Virus record (IMG/VR): IMGVR_UViG_3300037067_009972
Length of the DNA stretch: 64,000 nt
Strand: one strand, 5' to 3'
DNA from: an uncultured virus (IMG/VR IMGVR_UViG_3300037067_009972)
Lineage: Duplodnaviria > Heunggongvirae > Uroviricota > Caudoviricetes
The notes beneath the pieces are model-generated. The model saw only the letters and a program-made list of their open reading frames with translations, made no database searches and was not told where the DNA came from. The translations under genes were made by a program, and so were the position numbers. Positions 10,801 through 21,324 of the stretch are shown here, piece by piece (within the stretch, counting starts at the first letter, position 1; every line of letters begins with the position of its first letter).

Positions 10801-11820
10801 TTAACCTATAAAAACTTTATGAAGTTGTATCGGCAACAATTTATCCCGATAATCTTCGTAGAACTCTGCATTGTATTCCAAACCACTGATAGTATTTTGT
10901 ACGATCACTGTGTTATATTTAGTAAGCATATTAGAATTTAAATTTACTATTGTTGGATTATTATAATAATCCCAAACATATATTCCTGATACCAATGGAT
11001 CAAATTTTTCTACTACTGTGCCAGAGGCAATTGGAACTAAGCCAGATGGCAAATAATATACATCTTCTCCGACTGTGACAGTGTATGTATTTCCATTATG
11101 AGTGTAAGTAATTATACCTGCATTATATGCAAAAGGCAATCCATGCGCTATTGACAAAGCATTCTGTATTGTAGCAATAGTCGGATGTTCTAATTGCTTT
11201 GTAACCAATGCCCAAATGAAATATTTTAAATGTTTATATTTTGCAGACAATGTTACTGCATTATAAGTATTATATGAATTATACTTATCAATATCAATAT
11301 TAAGAAATCGCGCCCAAGCATTCATAAGGATAGGATTTATTCTGTATACTATTGGAGCCGACACTGTAAAGGTTTCAATTGTAGTATAGCGTTCATCCCA
11401 TAGCGGCTGTGTTAGCCATATCAGTGTGTTCATACCAGAGATCGTATAATCTGTCCCTTCATAATATGTATGAATAACTCCACTATTGAGATATGTGTAT
11501 TCTTGCTCTAATGTTGGAATCGATAATGTCCAATCATCTATATAATATTTAAATTTTCCCAAAGAGGTTTCTAAAACATTTTCTAAACTTTCAATGCCAG
11601 AATACACAAATGTGTAAGTCATGGGTGCATCGTCAATTACCGCGGGTAAATATTCTAGACTACGAGAATTTTGAATTTCCATTGTTTTATTCATAAGCAT
11701 GTCTACGCCACTAGCCGTAGTTTGCCACAAACTTTCAACAATAGATTTATCGTCTAAATTAGCCCATGCATCACTTAAAAATAACCAAAGGTTTTCTATA
11801 TCTCGTGTGATCTCGATCAT
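10801..11820 (-). CDS. putative baseplate wedge protein
   Basis: 339 aa following the baseplate J-like genes; PTIATIQNALSIAHGLPF segment. Confidence 0.5.
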   Translation of the reverse strand: MIEITRDIENLWLFLSDAWANLDDKSIVESLWQTTASGVDMLMNKTMEIQNSRSLEYLPAVIDDAPMTYTFVYSGIESLENVLETSLGKFKYYIDDWTLSIPTLEQEYTYLNSGVIHTYYEGTDYTISGMNTLIWLTQPLWDERYTTIETFTVSAPIVYRINPILMNAWARFLNIDIDKYNSYNTYNAVTLSAKYKHLKYFIWALVTKQLEHPTIATIQNALSIAHGLPFAYNAGIITYTHNGNTYTVTVGEDVYYLPSGLVPIASGTVVEKFDPLVSGIYVWDYYNNPTIVNLNSNMLTKYNTVIVQNTISGLEYNAEFYEDYRDKLLPIQLHKVFIG

Positions 11821-13526
11821 AGTTTTATAAGACCTGTCATACTATATTCATCTATGTACATACCCATCATATTGGGTACAGTATAAGAACTAATCACTGA
11901 TGCAACTCGTGTTTGTTCACGTTTTTCATTGTATTCATTTACAGTAATTAATATTGTAGCTACATTAATATATGAAGCTCCAGCAGACATTAACCTAGCA
12001 ATGATTTCTGATATAGTAAATGTTTTTACACTTGTTACATAATCTTTGATAATCTCATAAGCTCGGGTTATAGTTAAAGGCCCGCTATATTCTAGATTAT
12101 CAATATTTACCATTGCAGGCGGCATTATTTTAGCAAGACTGTCCGTACCTATAAACCTGTTTGCAGGTGTATCAAGTAATGTTTGTAAATGTACACCGTC
12201 TTGATAATAACGATAAGTGATGTCAAGATCTAAACTTAAATATTCTGTGGTAATAGACAAGTAAGGTATATCCCGGGTTGAATAAGCATTACCAACATTT
12301 TCACTAGCCAGGGACCAATCAGCATTTTCCGTAAGTTCTTCATTTGTTGCACTAACAATAACTTTTGCAATATTCATTAATGGTAGCACCACCCCTTCCG
12401 CCGGGGTTAAATTAACGCGCCCATCAGTTGAAGCTAGTGTTCGTGTTCCTAATGCAATCTTAGTAGGGTCATAGATGTATATATCAGATTTTCCACCAAT
12501 ATGTATACCCGCAGGTTGGGTGTTTTCTAATGAAACATAATATGTAGTTACATCACTAACGTCTAACCCAGCGGTAGGTGTTGTAACAGCAATTCTAATA
12601 AAATTATCTGTACCACGATATGTGTTTGACATAATAAATGTTTTTCTTAAACAGGCTAATTCTGGCCCCACTGTTTCATCATATGTATGTGATTGTATAC
12701 TATCGTATGTAGCTCCAAACGCCTCCCATGCCTCGGTATCGTTATTCCAAATATACCCATTTAATCCAGGAACATTTCCGTCTTTTCCATATCCATGATG
12801 TGCAACTGTTGCAATAGTCCCGTTCGGGAATTTTCCCAAGTCTGCTTTTAACTCGAACATGGCCGTAGTATGTAGTGAATTTACACTTGTAATCTTTAGT
12901 TCATCATAATACCATTCAGAACCCTCAGTATCCATAACCGCAATACCGAAATGATCACCATCTGAGCGCGGGGTAAATCCACCATGATTAACTTTTATAA
13001 TACCGGGGGTGGTTTCGCTAAAACCACCATAAGAAGAATCCCAAATCCAAAGATCCATTGAATAGTTTACACCAATATCTAGTCTAAAGGAATATTTAGT
13101 ATCGGAGTTTATTACACCAGAGGTTGTAGCTAAAAAAGAATTCTCGCCTAAATTTTGCAGCATAGATTCGGAGGTAAACATTATATCGTCTATCAAAGGA
13201 TTGTTATCCACTAAATAAACATTATAAATTGTACCATCCGCGATATACCAGGCAAATCCCAATCCATCCGCTGCCGAAACTGAATTTCCTTGGCGCAATA
13301 CTGTTACATAACTTAATTTGCCGTTAGTATCAGTAGTTTTAAAATTGCCTGTAACCGATATTCCAGCATGTACCGTTAGTGGTGTATGCAAAATAGGTGA
13401 ATAATTTTCTGCCGCTGGAGTTTCTAACATTGCATTTATATTTGATACTACACTTTGTATTAATTTTATGCTTTGCTGTACCGAGTAATTTCTCCAACCA
13501 AAATGTTCATAATTGTTAGTAGCCAT
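11817..13526 (-). CDS. baseplate protein (J-like, C-terminal part)
   Basis: 569 aa; HIGGKSDIYI motif resembling those in large-phage baseplate J proteins; adjacent to J-like N-terminal ORF. Confidence 0.5.
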   Translation of the reverse strand: MATNNYEHFGWRNYSVQQSIKLIQSVVSNINAMLETPAAENYSPILHTPLTVHAGISVTGNFKTTDTNGKLSYVTVLRQGNSVSAADGLGFAWYIADGTIYNVYLVDNNPLIDDIMFTSESMLQNLGENSFLATTSGVINSDTKYSFRLDIGVNYSMDLWIWDSSYGGFSETTPGIIKVNHGGFTPRSDGDHFGIAVMDTEGSEWYYDELKITSVNSLHTTAMFELKADLGKFPNGTIATVAHHGYGKDGNVPGLNGYIWNNDTEAWEAFGATYDSIQSHTYDETVGPELACLRKTFIMSNTYRGTDNFIRIAVTTPTAGLDVSDVTTYYVSLENTQPAGIHIGGKSDIYIYDPTKIALGTRTLASTDGRVNLTPAEGVVLPLMNIAKVIVSATNEELTENADWSLASENVGNAYSTRDIPYLSITTEYLSLDLDITYRYYQDGVHLQTLLDTPANRFIGTDSLAKIMPPAMVNIDNLEYSGPLTITRAYEIIKDYVTSVKTFTISEIIARLMSAGASYINVATILITVNEYNEKREQTRVASVISSYTVPNMMGMYIDEYSMTGLIKL

Positions 13527-13528
13527 TG

Positions 13529-14887
13529 TTAATTATCCGTTATTATTAATTTCATGTGCTTAGTAATTCCATACATTGCTAGTAATTCTGCCGAAATACC
13601 TTCCATATCTATATACTGCGCAAAACTAGGATTTAACTTTAAAGATAAATCGAACATTTGTTGTACAAGTCTTAAGAATTTTTTACTAACATTGACTGGC
13701 AGCTCTGGTAATGACCCAGGTGTAAAACCGAAACGAGCCCCATCTGGCGTAGATGCTAATTCGTACGCATTCTTTAATACAGTAGCTCCAGAATTTACGT
13801 CTCCAGCTAACCACTGATCATCAAAGGCTCCACCGACAAATGGATCATATAACAACAACGCAGTGTGTAAGGATGTTTTTAGCTGATCTTTAAGATAATA
13901 CAAATTAGCATACTGCGACGTAGTAAATTCCATAGTATACTCGTCTGGAGTTGGCAAATCAACAAGTATTCCTGAAGTTGCAGGATCATCATAAAACAAC
14001 GTCCACCAGGCGCGACTTTGCGGGTAGGGGTATTCATTAAATTGTGGAACTTCGTCGAACAACCCACTAGTTTTTATATAGTAACCTCCCGAGGCGCTTA
14101 TATAAAAATCGTTAACACTTATTTTTCCAAAATAATCTGTTACGTAATAACTTTCAAGAGATTCAATTCCAGAATAATGCAGATCTCTGCTCATTCGTTC
14201 ATCGCCCGCACCTATGACTATGGTTTCTAATACAGAGGGAAAATTTTCTGCTATTAAATTTTTGTAGCTTTGTTCGCTTGCGAGACTTCTATTAACTACA
14301 GCATTGATGAGTCTATTTACTAATTCAGTATTTGTTTCTGCAACAATGCCTTCACTAAACGCTGTTGGATTTGTTACCTGTATAGGCGTAGGTTCAAAAT
14401 CAGTGGAAATTATTGTGCCCGGGCTTAATGGGGTTCCGATTGAATCCGAAATAGCCGATACAGGGATTAACCCTGTAGAAAATAGGGGGAACTTCCATAA
14501 ATTGGCCTGCATAGTAGATTCTGCAACTAAAAAGGCGGTGGTTGTTGTATATATGCGACCATCAGTTGCCGTGAATGCCGTGCCCGCAGGAATTAACATA
14601 TTTTGAGCTGTATCAAAATACATTTCTACATAACCAGTTGAAGGAACTTCCGCCCTTCTTGTAATTAAAAAATTTGCTGCAATTGTGTCTAGTTCTGCGG
14701 GGTTAATTTTTTCTGGTTCAAGTAACCCAAGATTATCCAGTAAATATTTTAATTGGGTCAATACCGGATCGAAGATAGCCGCTGTCGGATTTACAAATAA
14801 TTCAGATAACGGAGAACCGTCCGAAATATCGAGTGCAGGTAGTTTTGTTTTTAATATCTTTTTTATATAATCTTTTGTTGTTAACAT
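13529..14887 (-). CDS. baseplate J-like protein
   Basis: IPAGTAF...VTNPTAFSEG...ETNTELVNR pattern typical of baseplate J/gp47. Confidence 0.75.
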   Translation of the reverse strand: MLTTKDYIKKILKTKLPALDISDGSPLSELFVNPTAAIFDPVLTQLKYLLDNLGLLEPEKINPAELDTIAANFLITRRAEVPSTGYVEMYFDTAQNMLIPAGTAFTATDGRIYTTTTAFLVAESTMQANLWKFPLFSTGLIPVSAISDSIGTPLSPGTIISTDFEPTPIQVTNPTAFSEGIVAETNTELVNRLINAVVNRSLASEQSYKNLIAENFPSVLETIVIGAGDERMSRDLHYSGIESLESYYVTDYFGKISVNDFYISASGGYYIKTSGLFDEVPQFNEYPYPQSRAWWTLFYDDPATSGILVDLPTPDEYTMEFTTSQYANLYYLKDQLKTSLHTALLLYDPFVGGAFDDQWLAGDVNSGATVLKNAYELASTPDGARFGFTPGSLPELPVNVSKKFLRLVQQMFDLSLKLNPSFAQYIDMEGISAELLAMYGITKHMKLIITDN

Positions 14888-14890
14888 ATT

Positions 14891-15394
14891 TTATACCGTT
14901 AATATATATTCTTCGTTATTTTCTGTAACTACTAATATCTCTACTAATACGGCAGTAGGATCATTAGGGTCTTTATACACATCGGTTAATTTTAATGATA
15001 ATAAACGTTGCTCGGAACTTAAATTTTGTTCGCTTTGTGTTGCTAAGATATTGTTTTGTATAGAACTAATATTAGACGCAATTAGTGCATATAAAGATAA
15101 AAGATCTTTTACGTTTTGAGAACGCACTGAGGTTATAAAACAACCTAGCGTAGGATTAAAGGCGCTTTGGCCTAGTGACGTTAATAACGCTAAAGTTACT
15201 TTATCTAATAGCACCTTTTCCTTAGTAGCAATACTTAAAGAATTCCCTATAGAAAAACTTATTTTGCCTGTTGTAGAATTTACTTTGATGGCATCAATAG
15301 TTATAGCGCGAGCATTCGCTGCTGTATATATAGCTTCTGGCTCATACTCTAACCCAGTAGCTGTATTTATAAAAACTTCTTTATAATTACTCAT
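14891..15394 (-). CDS. baseplate wedge gp25-like protein
   Basis: 167 aa; LLTSLG...PTLG and C-terminal DPTAVLVEILV pattern; immediately before J-like gene. Confidence 0.55.
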   Translation of the reverse strand: MSNYKEVFINTATGLEYEPEAIYTAANARAITIDAIKVNSTTGKISFSIGNSLSIATKEKVLLDKVTLALLTSLGQSAFNPTLGCFITSVRSQNVKDLLSLYALIASNISSIQNNILATQSEQNLSSEQRLLSLKLTDVYKDPNDPTAVLVEILVVTENNEEYILTV

Positions 15395-17280
15395 ATTATC
15401 GATTCCGATGTAGGCACACCACCTAGTATTGCAAATTGTGGTACCGGGTTGATTTTATTTTCTGCTGATTCAGCGGCTTTAATTACTTGGTTTTCGTTTA
15501 TAGTCATAGCTTCATCTGCTTTTGCATTTATATACCCCATAGTGGAGTTATCATTCTCACAACCACCCGTTAATTTTTTAAATATGTCTGTGACTATGCC
15601 AACGCCTCCAGCAATAGCTACAGTGATGGATGAAAGCATTGATGCAACATCAACGAAGTTACCGTTTATAATTTTTTTAATAATAGTACCACCCAACGAA
15701 CTTTGTGCAGCAATCCCCGACAACATTTTTAAAATAGCAGCAGTTGCTGGATTATTTAATATATCCAATTGTTCTAACAAACTCAATAGATATCTATCTT
15801 CAGCTAAGGCACGTCTAGTTAACAGCTGCATTTCATTAAATAAAACTAGTCCGCGCTGTAAAATACGACGATTTAGTGGTCCTGTTATAGCAAAAGCTGC
15901 CGCGCTTGACATTAACTTTAGTACAGTATCAATACCTTCTTCACTATAAGTTTGATACTGCGTACTATTCAAATAGCTAAGTATACGATCAATTAATGCT
16001 AAATCTTCTGCTATATTTTGAAAACCTTGTCCGGCCGCTTCATTTGTTAATAACAACTGCTTAGCCGCTTCAAGACCAGAGGCTACCCAACTTCTAAATA
16101 GTAGGGGTTCTGCTATAACTCGTGTATAACCAGCGTTGACCAAAGAACCGTCGCCTGTTTTTTGTATTTGTACCTCTACCTTTTCTTTTATATCTTTCAA
16201 TATCCCATAGGCAGGATTTAAGCTGATCCATAAAGCCTTTGCCGAAGCTGTTAATGTCGACCAATCTGTTTTACAAGTTTTTGCTAGGGCAACTTGTATT
16301 TTTATAGCTTCGTGCGTTAGAGTTAGGCCTTTATTTGCATCGAGTTTAGCTAAACTACGTAAAGCACCGTTTGTTTTCCTCGATGAAGATAAACTTTTAT
16401 TCCATCCAAGTTTTAAATTATTTAAATGCTGTTGTCGTTGTTTTAATAATGTGTTTATTGAACTACCTACTCCGGGAATAGTATATCCGGAGGTCATATC
16501 AATTACACCAAAACCTACACTTGCGTAACCGCCTACTACCACTGTAGCAAGATTTGTTAAATGCCAAATATATACTTCGGCCATAACAACATATTCTTCG
16601 AGAACTGATTTAAATATAAAATCTTTAAATGCTTGATTGGGACTAGTTTTCTTTTCAACAATATCTTTAAAAAATTTTTTACCCAACGCTCTAGAAGTAT
16701 CTCCAGTTAAAATACCTATTGCAATATCCATATTATATACGGCCCTACGTAATAACGCAATACTATATCTGGGTTTAGCCGCTGTCATAGATTTACGTAT
16801 TATTTCAATAGCACGGTAAGCTGCTAAAATATAAGGGTATGCCCGGCGTAGACTTGTATCAAAATTATCTGTTTGCACACGAGTCAATCGATTTAAGATA
16901 TTCATTATCCCTGTGACATGAAATATAACTTCTTCTAATAATATTTGTCGTAATCTAACTTGTCGCTCTAAACTATCGAACATCATTCCAATACTAGCTA
17001 CCTGTCCTTCTGCTTCTATGCTTAATACCGCAGTTATAGCCGCAATAGCCCCTGACGCTGCAGAGCCAACTACTTCTTTTAAAGCAGCATCTGCGGCAGT
17101 TAATGCCGAAGACATGCCGGCAGAAGAAAGTGCACCTAACGCTTTAGTCAAATCATTAATTAATGAATCCAGCAAGGGTATGCCAGTGCCGGCAAATCCG
17201 ATAGCTATATCGGCTTCTTTGGCTTCTTTAACTTTTTTAGTTATATCAGAAACTGACGTTGGGTTACATATAAATGACAT
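15391..17280 (-). CDS. hypothetical virion-associated protein
   Basis: 629-aa helical ORF coupled within tail operon. Confidence 0.5.
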   Translation of the reverse strand: MSFICNPTSVSDITKKVKEAKEADIAIGFAGTGIPLLDSLINDLTKALGALSSAGMSSALTAADAALKEVVGSAASGAIAAITAVLSIEAEGQVASIGMMFDSLERQVRLRQILLEEVIFHVTGIMNILNRLTRVQTDNFDTSLRRAYPYILAAYRAIEIIRKSMTAAKPRYSIALLRRAVYNMDIAIGILTGDTSRALGKKFFKDIVEKKTSPNQAFKDFIFKSVLEEYVVMAEVYIWHLTNLATVVVGGYASVGFGVIDMTSGYTIPGVGSSINTLLKQRQQHLNNLKLGWNKSLSSSRKTNGALRSLAKLDANKGLTLTHEAIKIQVALAKTCKTDWSTLTASAKALWISLNPAYGILKDIKEKVEVQIQKTGDGSLVNAGYTRVIAEPLLFRSWVASGLEAAKQLLLTNEAAGQGFQNIAEDLALIDRILSYLNSTQYQTYSEEGIDTVLKLMSSAAAFAITGPLNRRILQRGLVLFNEMQLLTRRALAEDRYLLSLLEQLDILNNPATAAILKMLSGIAAQSSLGGTIIKKIINGNFVDVASMLSSITVAIAGGVGIVTDIFKKLTGGCENDNSTMGYINAKADEAMTINENQVIKAAESAENKINPVPQFAILGGVPTSESII

Positions 17281-17987
17281 TACATACTTTCTTTAACTTT
17301 TTGTGCGATGCGTTTGCTAATTTCTTTTATTTCTTCTGGCGTTTTATGTAATTTTTTTGCCATGTCTTCCATCGATAATTTTGGATTACCACCTAGCCCG
17401 AACCAATACTCCATAACTTTTTGTTCTTCGGGAGAACTGCTCCAGTAAACAAACTCAACCATGTCTCGAGAAGTATCAGTTAAATTATATTGACTGTCGA
17501 AGAAGGCTTCTTCTTTCCCTTGATTAATAGTTAAATCTGCTCGTAACTCAGATTGCATACGTCCAACTTCGGCAGGCGACCATTGTAATTCATCTGCTAA
17601 TTCAAGTACTGTTGGGTCTCTGTTCAATTTTTCATTTAAATGGGATTTGATATTTTTGAATTTACTTATAGCGATTCCGCGATTTTCTGGGATTTTTCCT
17701 ATGTTTTGATATTCTAAGACATATCGATGTAAATGTTTCAATTCATGCCCAACGTGGGTATTTAATTGCGCACCCATATTTGGTTTATAAGTAGAAAAGG
17801 CTTTCAAAGCCAATAACCGTGCTTGTGATTCAATGGCAGGTCTTGGTAATGGGGCACCAGAATACTTGTTTACATATGACTGTAAAAATGGATCCATGGA
17901 TTTTAATAACTGGTTTGCAAATTGAGTGTCGCCAGAGTGCTTCCATTTTTTCCAAATTCCTATTTCATCTTCTTTTAATGTTCCCAT
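17280..17987 (-). CDS. sigma70-family RNA polymerase sigma factor
   Basis: Region 2-like KAFSTYKPNMGAQLNTHV; region 3 LNRDPTVLELADEL; region 4 HTH FGLGGNPKLSMEDMAKKL. Confidence 0.8.
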   Translation of the reverse strand: MGTLKEDEIGIWKKWKHSGDTQFANQLLKSMDPFLQSYVNKYSGAPLPRPAIESQARLLALKAFSTYKPNMGAQLNTHVGHELKHLHRYVLEYQNIGKIPENRGIAISKFKNIKSHLNEKLNRDPTVLELADELQWSPAEVGRMQSELRADLTINQGKEEAFFDSQYNLTDTSRDMVEFVYWSSSPEEQKVMEYWFGLGGNPKLSMEDMAKKLHKTPEEIKEISKRIAQKVKESM

Positions 17988-17989
17988 AG

Positions 17990-18946
17990 TTAACCTTCAT
18001 TTTTCATCAAAGTGATAAATAATTCTTTATATTTTTTAAATGCAGCATCTCGTGTAGTTTTAGCTGTACTAAGTTCATCTGTCTTAATCCTAAGTTGTTT
18101 AGCCGCACCTTGATTTTGAGTTAATTTTTGTACAGCGATAAGGGCCTCTTCTGCTTCTTTAACTTTTTTTATTTTTAGTAAATAATCAGTTTTTAGCGTA
18201 GCTAAATTTGCTTTATCCGCAGAATTCTTTGGTTCCCCCGGAGTATATAATTGGGGGGTAAAGTTGTCTCTAAATGCTTCACTTAGTATCGCCCAAGTCA
18301 TAGTAAACTGTATTAAATGTTGTACATTTGCATCGTGCACAAGTTGCAATTGTATAGGGTATCCTGTTAAAGTGCAACGTTCAAAAAATAAATTTGCTAC
18401 ATAACCTTTCTCGGCTAATTTGGTTCCACGTAAATTCTCGGTATAAAAAGTTTGAAATGCAGTTGACCATCGGTATTGATCTCGATTTTGCCTTAACTTA
18501 GTAAGATCAGGTGTTGCCGCTTTATCTGCGTCTAAGCTAATTGGTTCTGATAGCAATGCATCATCTTCAGCATTTACCGCTTCTAGTAATTGACCTTGAA
18601 TATTATATATTTTAGTACGTTCTCCGAAGAAAAATAACTTAGAGTCTTTGAAAGTTTCTACAATTTGAAATCGTTCCATCTTAGGAGTAGTTATACCCTG
18701 AAGGAAAAATTTGTTGGTGATATATTTAATATCTCCTGTGTTATCTACTATAGTTATTATAGCGGGTTCTTCAATATTTGTTAAATTCATATCACGGGAA
18801 TTTTCAATCTCATATTGCCCGAACAAATTTGAAGCGCTACCAGGATTATTATAGATGTTGTTAGAAAACTCAGGTACAATTAATAAAGGTGGTATTTGGC
18901 TACCAGTTACCATTCCAGTTCCTTCTGACATTACTCGAACTCCCAT
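17990..18946 (-). CDS. tail/baseplate hub-associated protein (putative)
   Basis: 318 aa; ERFQIVETF...FFFGER motif; position after tape measure. Confidence 0.45.
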   Translation of the reverse strand: MGVRVMSEGTGMVTGSQIPPLLIVPEFSNNIYNNPGSASNLFGQYEIENSRDMNLTNIEEPAIITIVDNTGDIKYITNKFFLQGITTPKMERFQIVETFKDSKLFFFGERTKIYNIQGQLLEAVNAEDDALLSEPISLDADKAATPDLTKLRQNRDQYRWSTAFQTFYTENLRGTKLAEKGYVANLFFERCTLTGYPIQLQLVHDANVQHLIQFTMTWAILSEAFRDNFTPQLYTPGEPKNSADKANLATLKTDYLLKIKKVKEAEEALIAVQKLTQNQGAAKQLRIKTDELSTAKTTRDAAFKKYKELFITLMKNEG

Positions 18947-21300
18947 GCTTTTATAGTAGGATTCATCGGCTTAAAAATTTTTAAAATTACATCTTGTCGC
19001 TCTTGTACAAATGGTCTAGGCCCAGATTTTTGATCTATATAATATGTTCCCGGACGTGGAGTTAGTTCCACAGTGTTATTAGATAAAATTGTCATTAATT
19101 CTTTAAATGTTGCTAAACGCCTGTAGGATAAACTATGTAAAAAGGATTCTATTGCTTCCAAAGAAGTCTTTTTTGCATATTCTTGTTGCACAGCATAAGC
19201 ACATTCTGTAGTAGATAATGTAGAATTTAAATTATTTTCTTTACAATAATCGTATAAAGAACTTTTTGCACGTCCATTAAAATAGACGTATAAATTTTTA
19301 CCTACTTTATCGAGAGTAAATTCTGACATGTAATCAGGTAAATTATCCGTATATCCGCCGATAATATCCGCAAATACTCCCGTCTCTGCTATAGTCTCTA
19401 AGATAGAGGCATGTGAAAAAGTGAGATTTTGTGATGTCTCACCTTGTGCAGAAATAGTAACCGAAGACGAGGTTAATACCGCAACAATGCTGCCTATATC
19501 TTTTACAGAGATCAACGAGGGCATACCCACAACTCTATAAGGAGAATAAACTACCTGTGTAGTTATAGATCTAGGAGCACGACGTTTTTCGGAATAAGCT
19601 ATATTTGCAAATTGAGTATAGTATTTATGTAATAACTCAGATTTTCCCTCCATCACCAATTTGCGGGCTTCGGCTAATCCATCAACTTTTATTTTTGAAG
19701 TTTTGACGGCTTCTCGTGCCTCAGATAATGAATCTTTTTGCTCGTTCTTTTTTAACTTACTGTTATAGATTTCTAACATGAAAGCCTGATCTACACCATA
19801 TTCATCTTGAATCATTGTTGGCACAACTCCTCTTAGTAATTCTTCCGGAGTTAATTGTAATATTTGTATACCACGTTGTTGTGCGTCTTGAACTGCGGTA
19901 AGGTCTGATTCAAATGTTTTAGTTTTTTTACCTTTATCATCGACAGTAATAACAGCTTTTTTAGCAATTTTCTGTTCCAATATGCGTTGTGTTTCTTGAT
20001 TTATAAATTCATCTGCATTTTCGGATTTTTTGGCTGTTTTTATTTTGGCCAAAGATTTATTTGTTTCGGAGCTTAATGATGCTAAAGCTTCATGCACCAA
20101 AACACCCTGTGGTACAATTACTGATAATAATGTATTAATTAATGGCATGCCACTTTCATCGCCGCTAGGTAATATTTTTCCGGTGTAAACAACTCGTGTT
20201 GGTTCATTAGCCCATGTGCGAGAAAAACTCATCGTTATTAAGTCATCGTCAAAAAATACGTTATTTACAATAGGAGAAAACATATTTGCAATAGGATGAT
20301 ATAAAATTTTGAATACACCTAATTTTGAAGAATCTAAAGTATCTGGGCAAATAACGGGAGAAGCGAATTCTTGAAATTTATAATTCATATGGTTCACTAT
20401 GTTAGTTAAAACCGAATAAATAGACTGAGCTCCTTGCGTTATGAGACCGCGAGTTTTTTCTTTTAAAAAAGATACTATAGCATTATTGCTTATAATACTT
20501 TCTGCTTTTGTTGAACCAACATAATTTATCATACCATCTAAATGAAAAGAATTAGTATAAGTATACATAAATCTGCCATAGTTCAGTAGAAAATGCCTTG
20601 TAGTGATAGCCAATGCTTCACAGAGTTCTTTAGCAACTATTCCCCCATTAGGTGGTAAAATTGTTTTATATTCAGGGTAGTTTTCCCAGAAATTATTTAG
20701 ACTCTTTTGGGGTATATCACGTCCTCCATTTGGAGGAAACATGGTTTTATACTTTTTCTTTTGTAATGCAGCCGCAGCACTATCAGAGGTTTTATTAAAA
20801 AAGTTAATAAATGTTAATAGTATAGTAGGAAACTTACTATATAAAATACTGTATCCTTTGCTCTGTTTTGCAGTAGCTAAATAATTAATCCCCAACATAA
20901 CAGCCTGAGCTCCGGTAGCGATAGATGTATCCGCCGGCACAACAGGTGTAGTTGTCCAATTATTTAAGAACCCATTAAACACTAATTGCACTTCGGCGCT
21001 GGTTGGGCTCCGTTGTAGCCCTGTAGCTGTGAATTCACCTAAAAATAAAACTATTTCATCGTATAATATTGTTTTTGTGGTTTCTTCTAACACCAGTTGT
21101 CCCAAAGCATCGCGTTTTTCTACTTCTCCGGTTATAACACAAATAGTTTTTGGAAGAATATTATATACATCCATCACCGGAGGTACGGTAACTGTTGCTG
21201 TTGGGGTATTCCCTTGTTGTTCTAAAATATTTATAGACGAGAAATTTATTTCTACATTTTCTAGATAAACATGACATTTTATTCGCTTTGCTGGGAACAT
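18931..21300 (-). CDS. baseplate hub-like structural protein (putative)
   Basis: 789 aa directly downstream of tape measure; C-terminal YSPYRVVGMP. Confidence 0.45.
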   Translation of the reverse strand: MFPAKRIKCHVYLENVEINFSSINILEQQGNTPTATVTVPPVMDVYNILPKTICVITGEVEKRDALGQLVLEETTKTILYDEIVLFLGEFTATGLQRSPTSAEVQLVFNGFLNNWTTTPVVPADTSIATGAQAVMLGINYLATAKQSKGYSILYSKFPTILLTFINFFNKTSDSAAAALQKKKYKTMFPPNGGRDIPQKSLNNFWENYPEYKTILPPNGGIVAKELCEALAITTRHFLLNYGRFMYTYTNSFHLDGMINYVGSTKAESIISNNAIVSFLKEKTRGLITQGAQSIYSVLTNIVNHMNYKFQEFASPVICPDTLDSSKLGVFKILYHPIANMFSPIVNNVFFDDDLITMSFSRTWANEPTRVVYTGKILPSGDESGMPLINTLLSVIVPQGVLVHEALASLSSETNKSLAKIKTAKKSENADEFINQETQRILEQKIAKKAVITVDDKGKKTKTFESDLTAVQDAQQRGIQILQLTPEELLRGVVPTMIQDEYGVDQAFMLEIYNSKLKKNEQKDSLSEAREAVKTSKIKVDGLAEARKLVMEGKSELLHKYYTQFANIAYSEKRRAPRSITTQVVYSPYRVVGMPSLISVKDIGSIVAVLTSSSVTISAQGETSQNLTFSHASILETIAETGVFADIIGGYTDNLPDYMSEFTLDKVGKNLYVYFNGRAKSSLYDYCKENNLNSTLSTTECAYAVQQEYAKKTSLEAIESFLHSLSYRRLATFKELMTILSNNTVELTPRPGTYYIDQKSGPRPFVQERQDVILKIFKPMNPTIKAWEFE

Positions 21301-21324
21301 ATTATTTTTCCTTGTCTATTGTTA

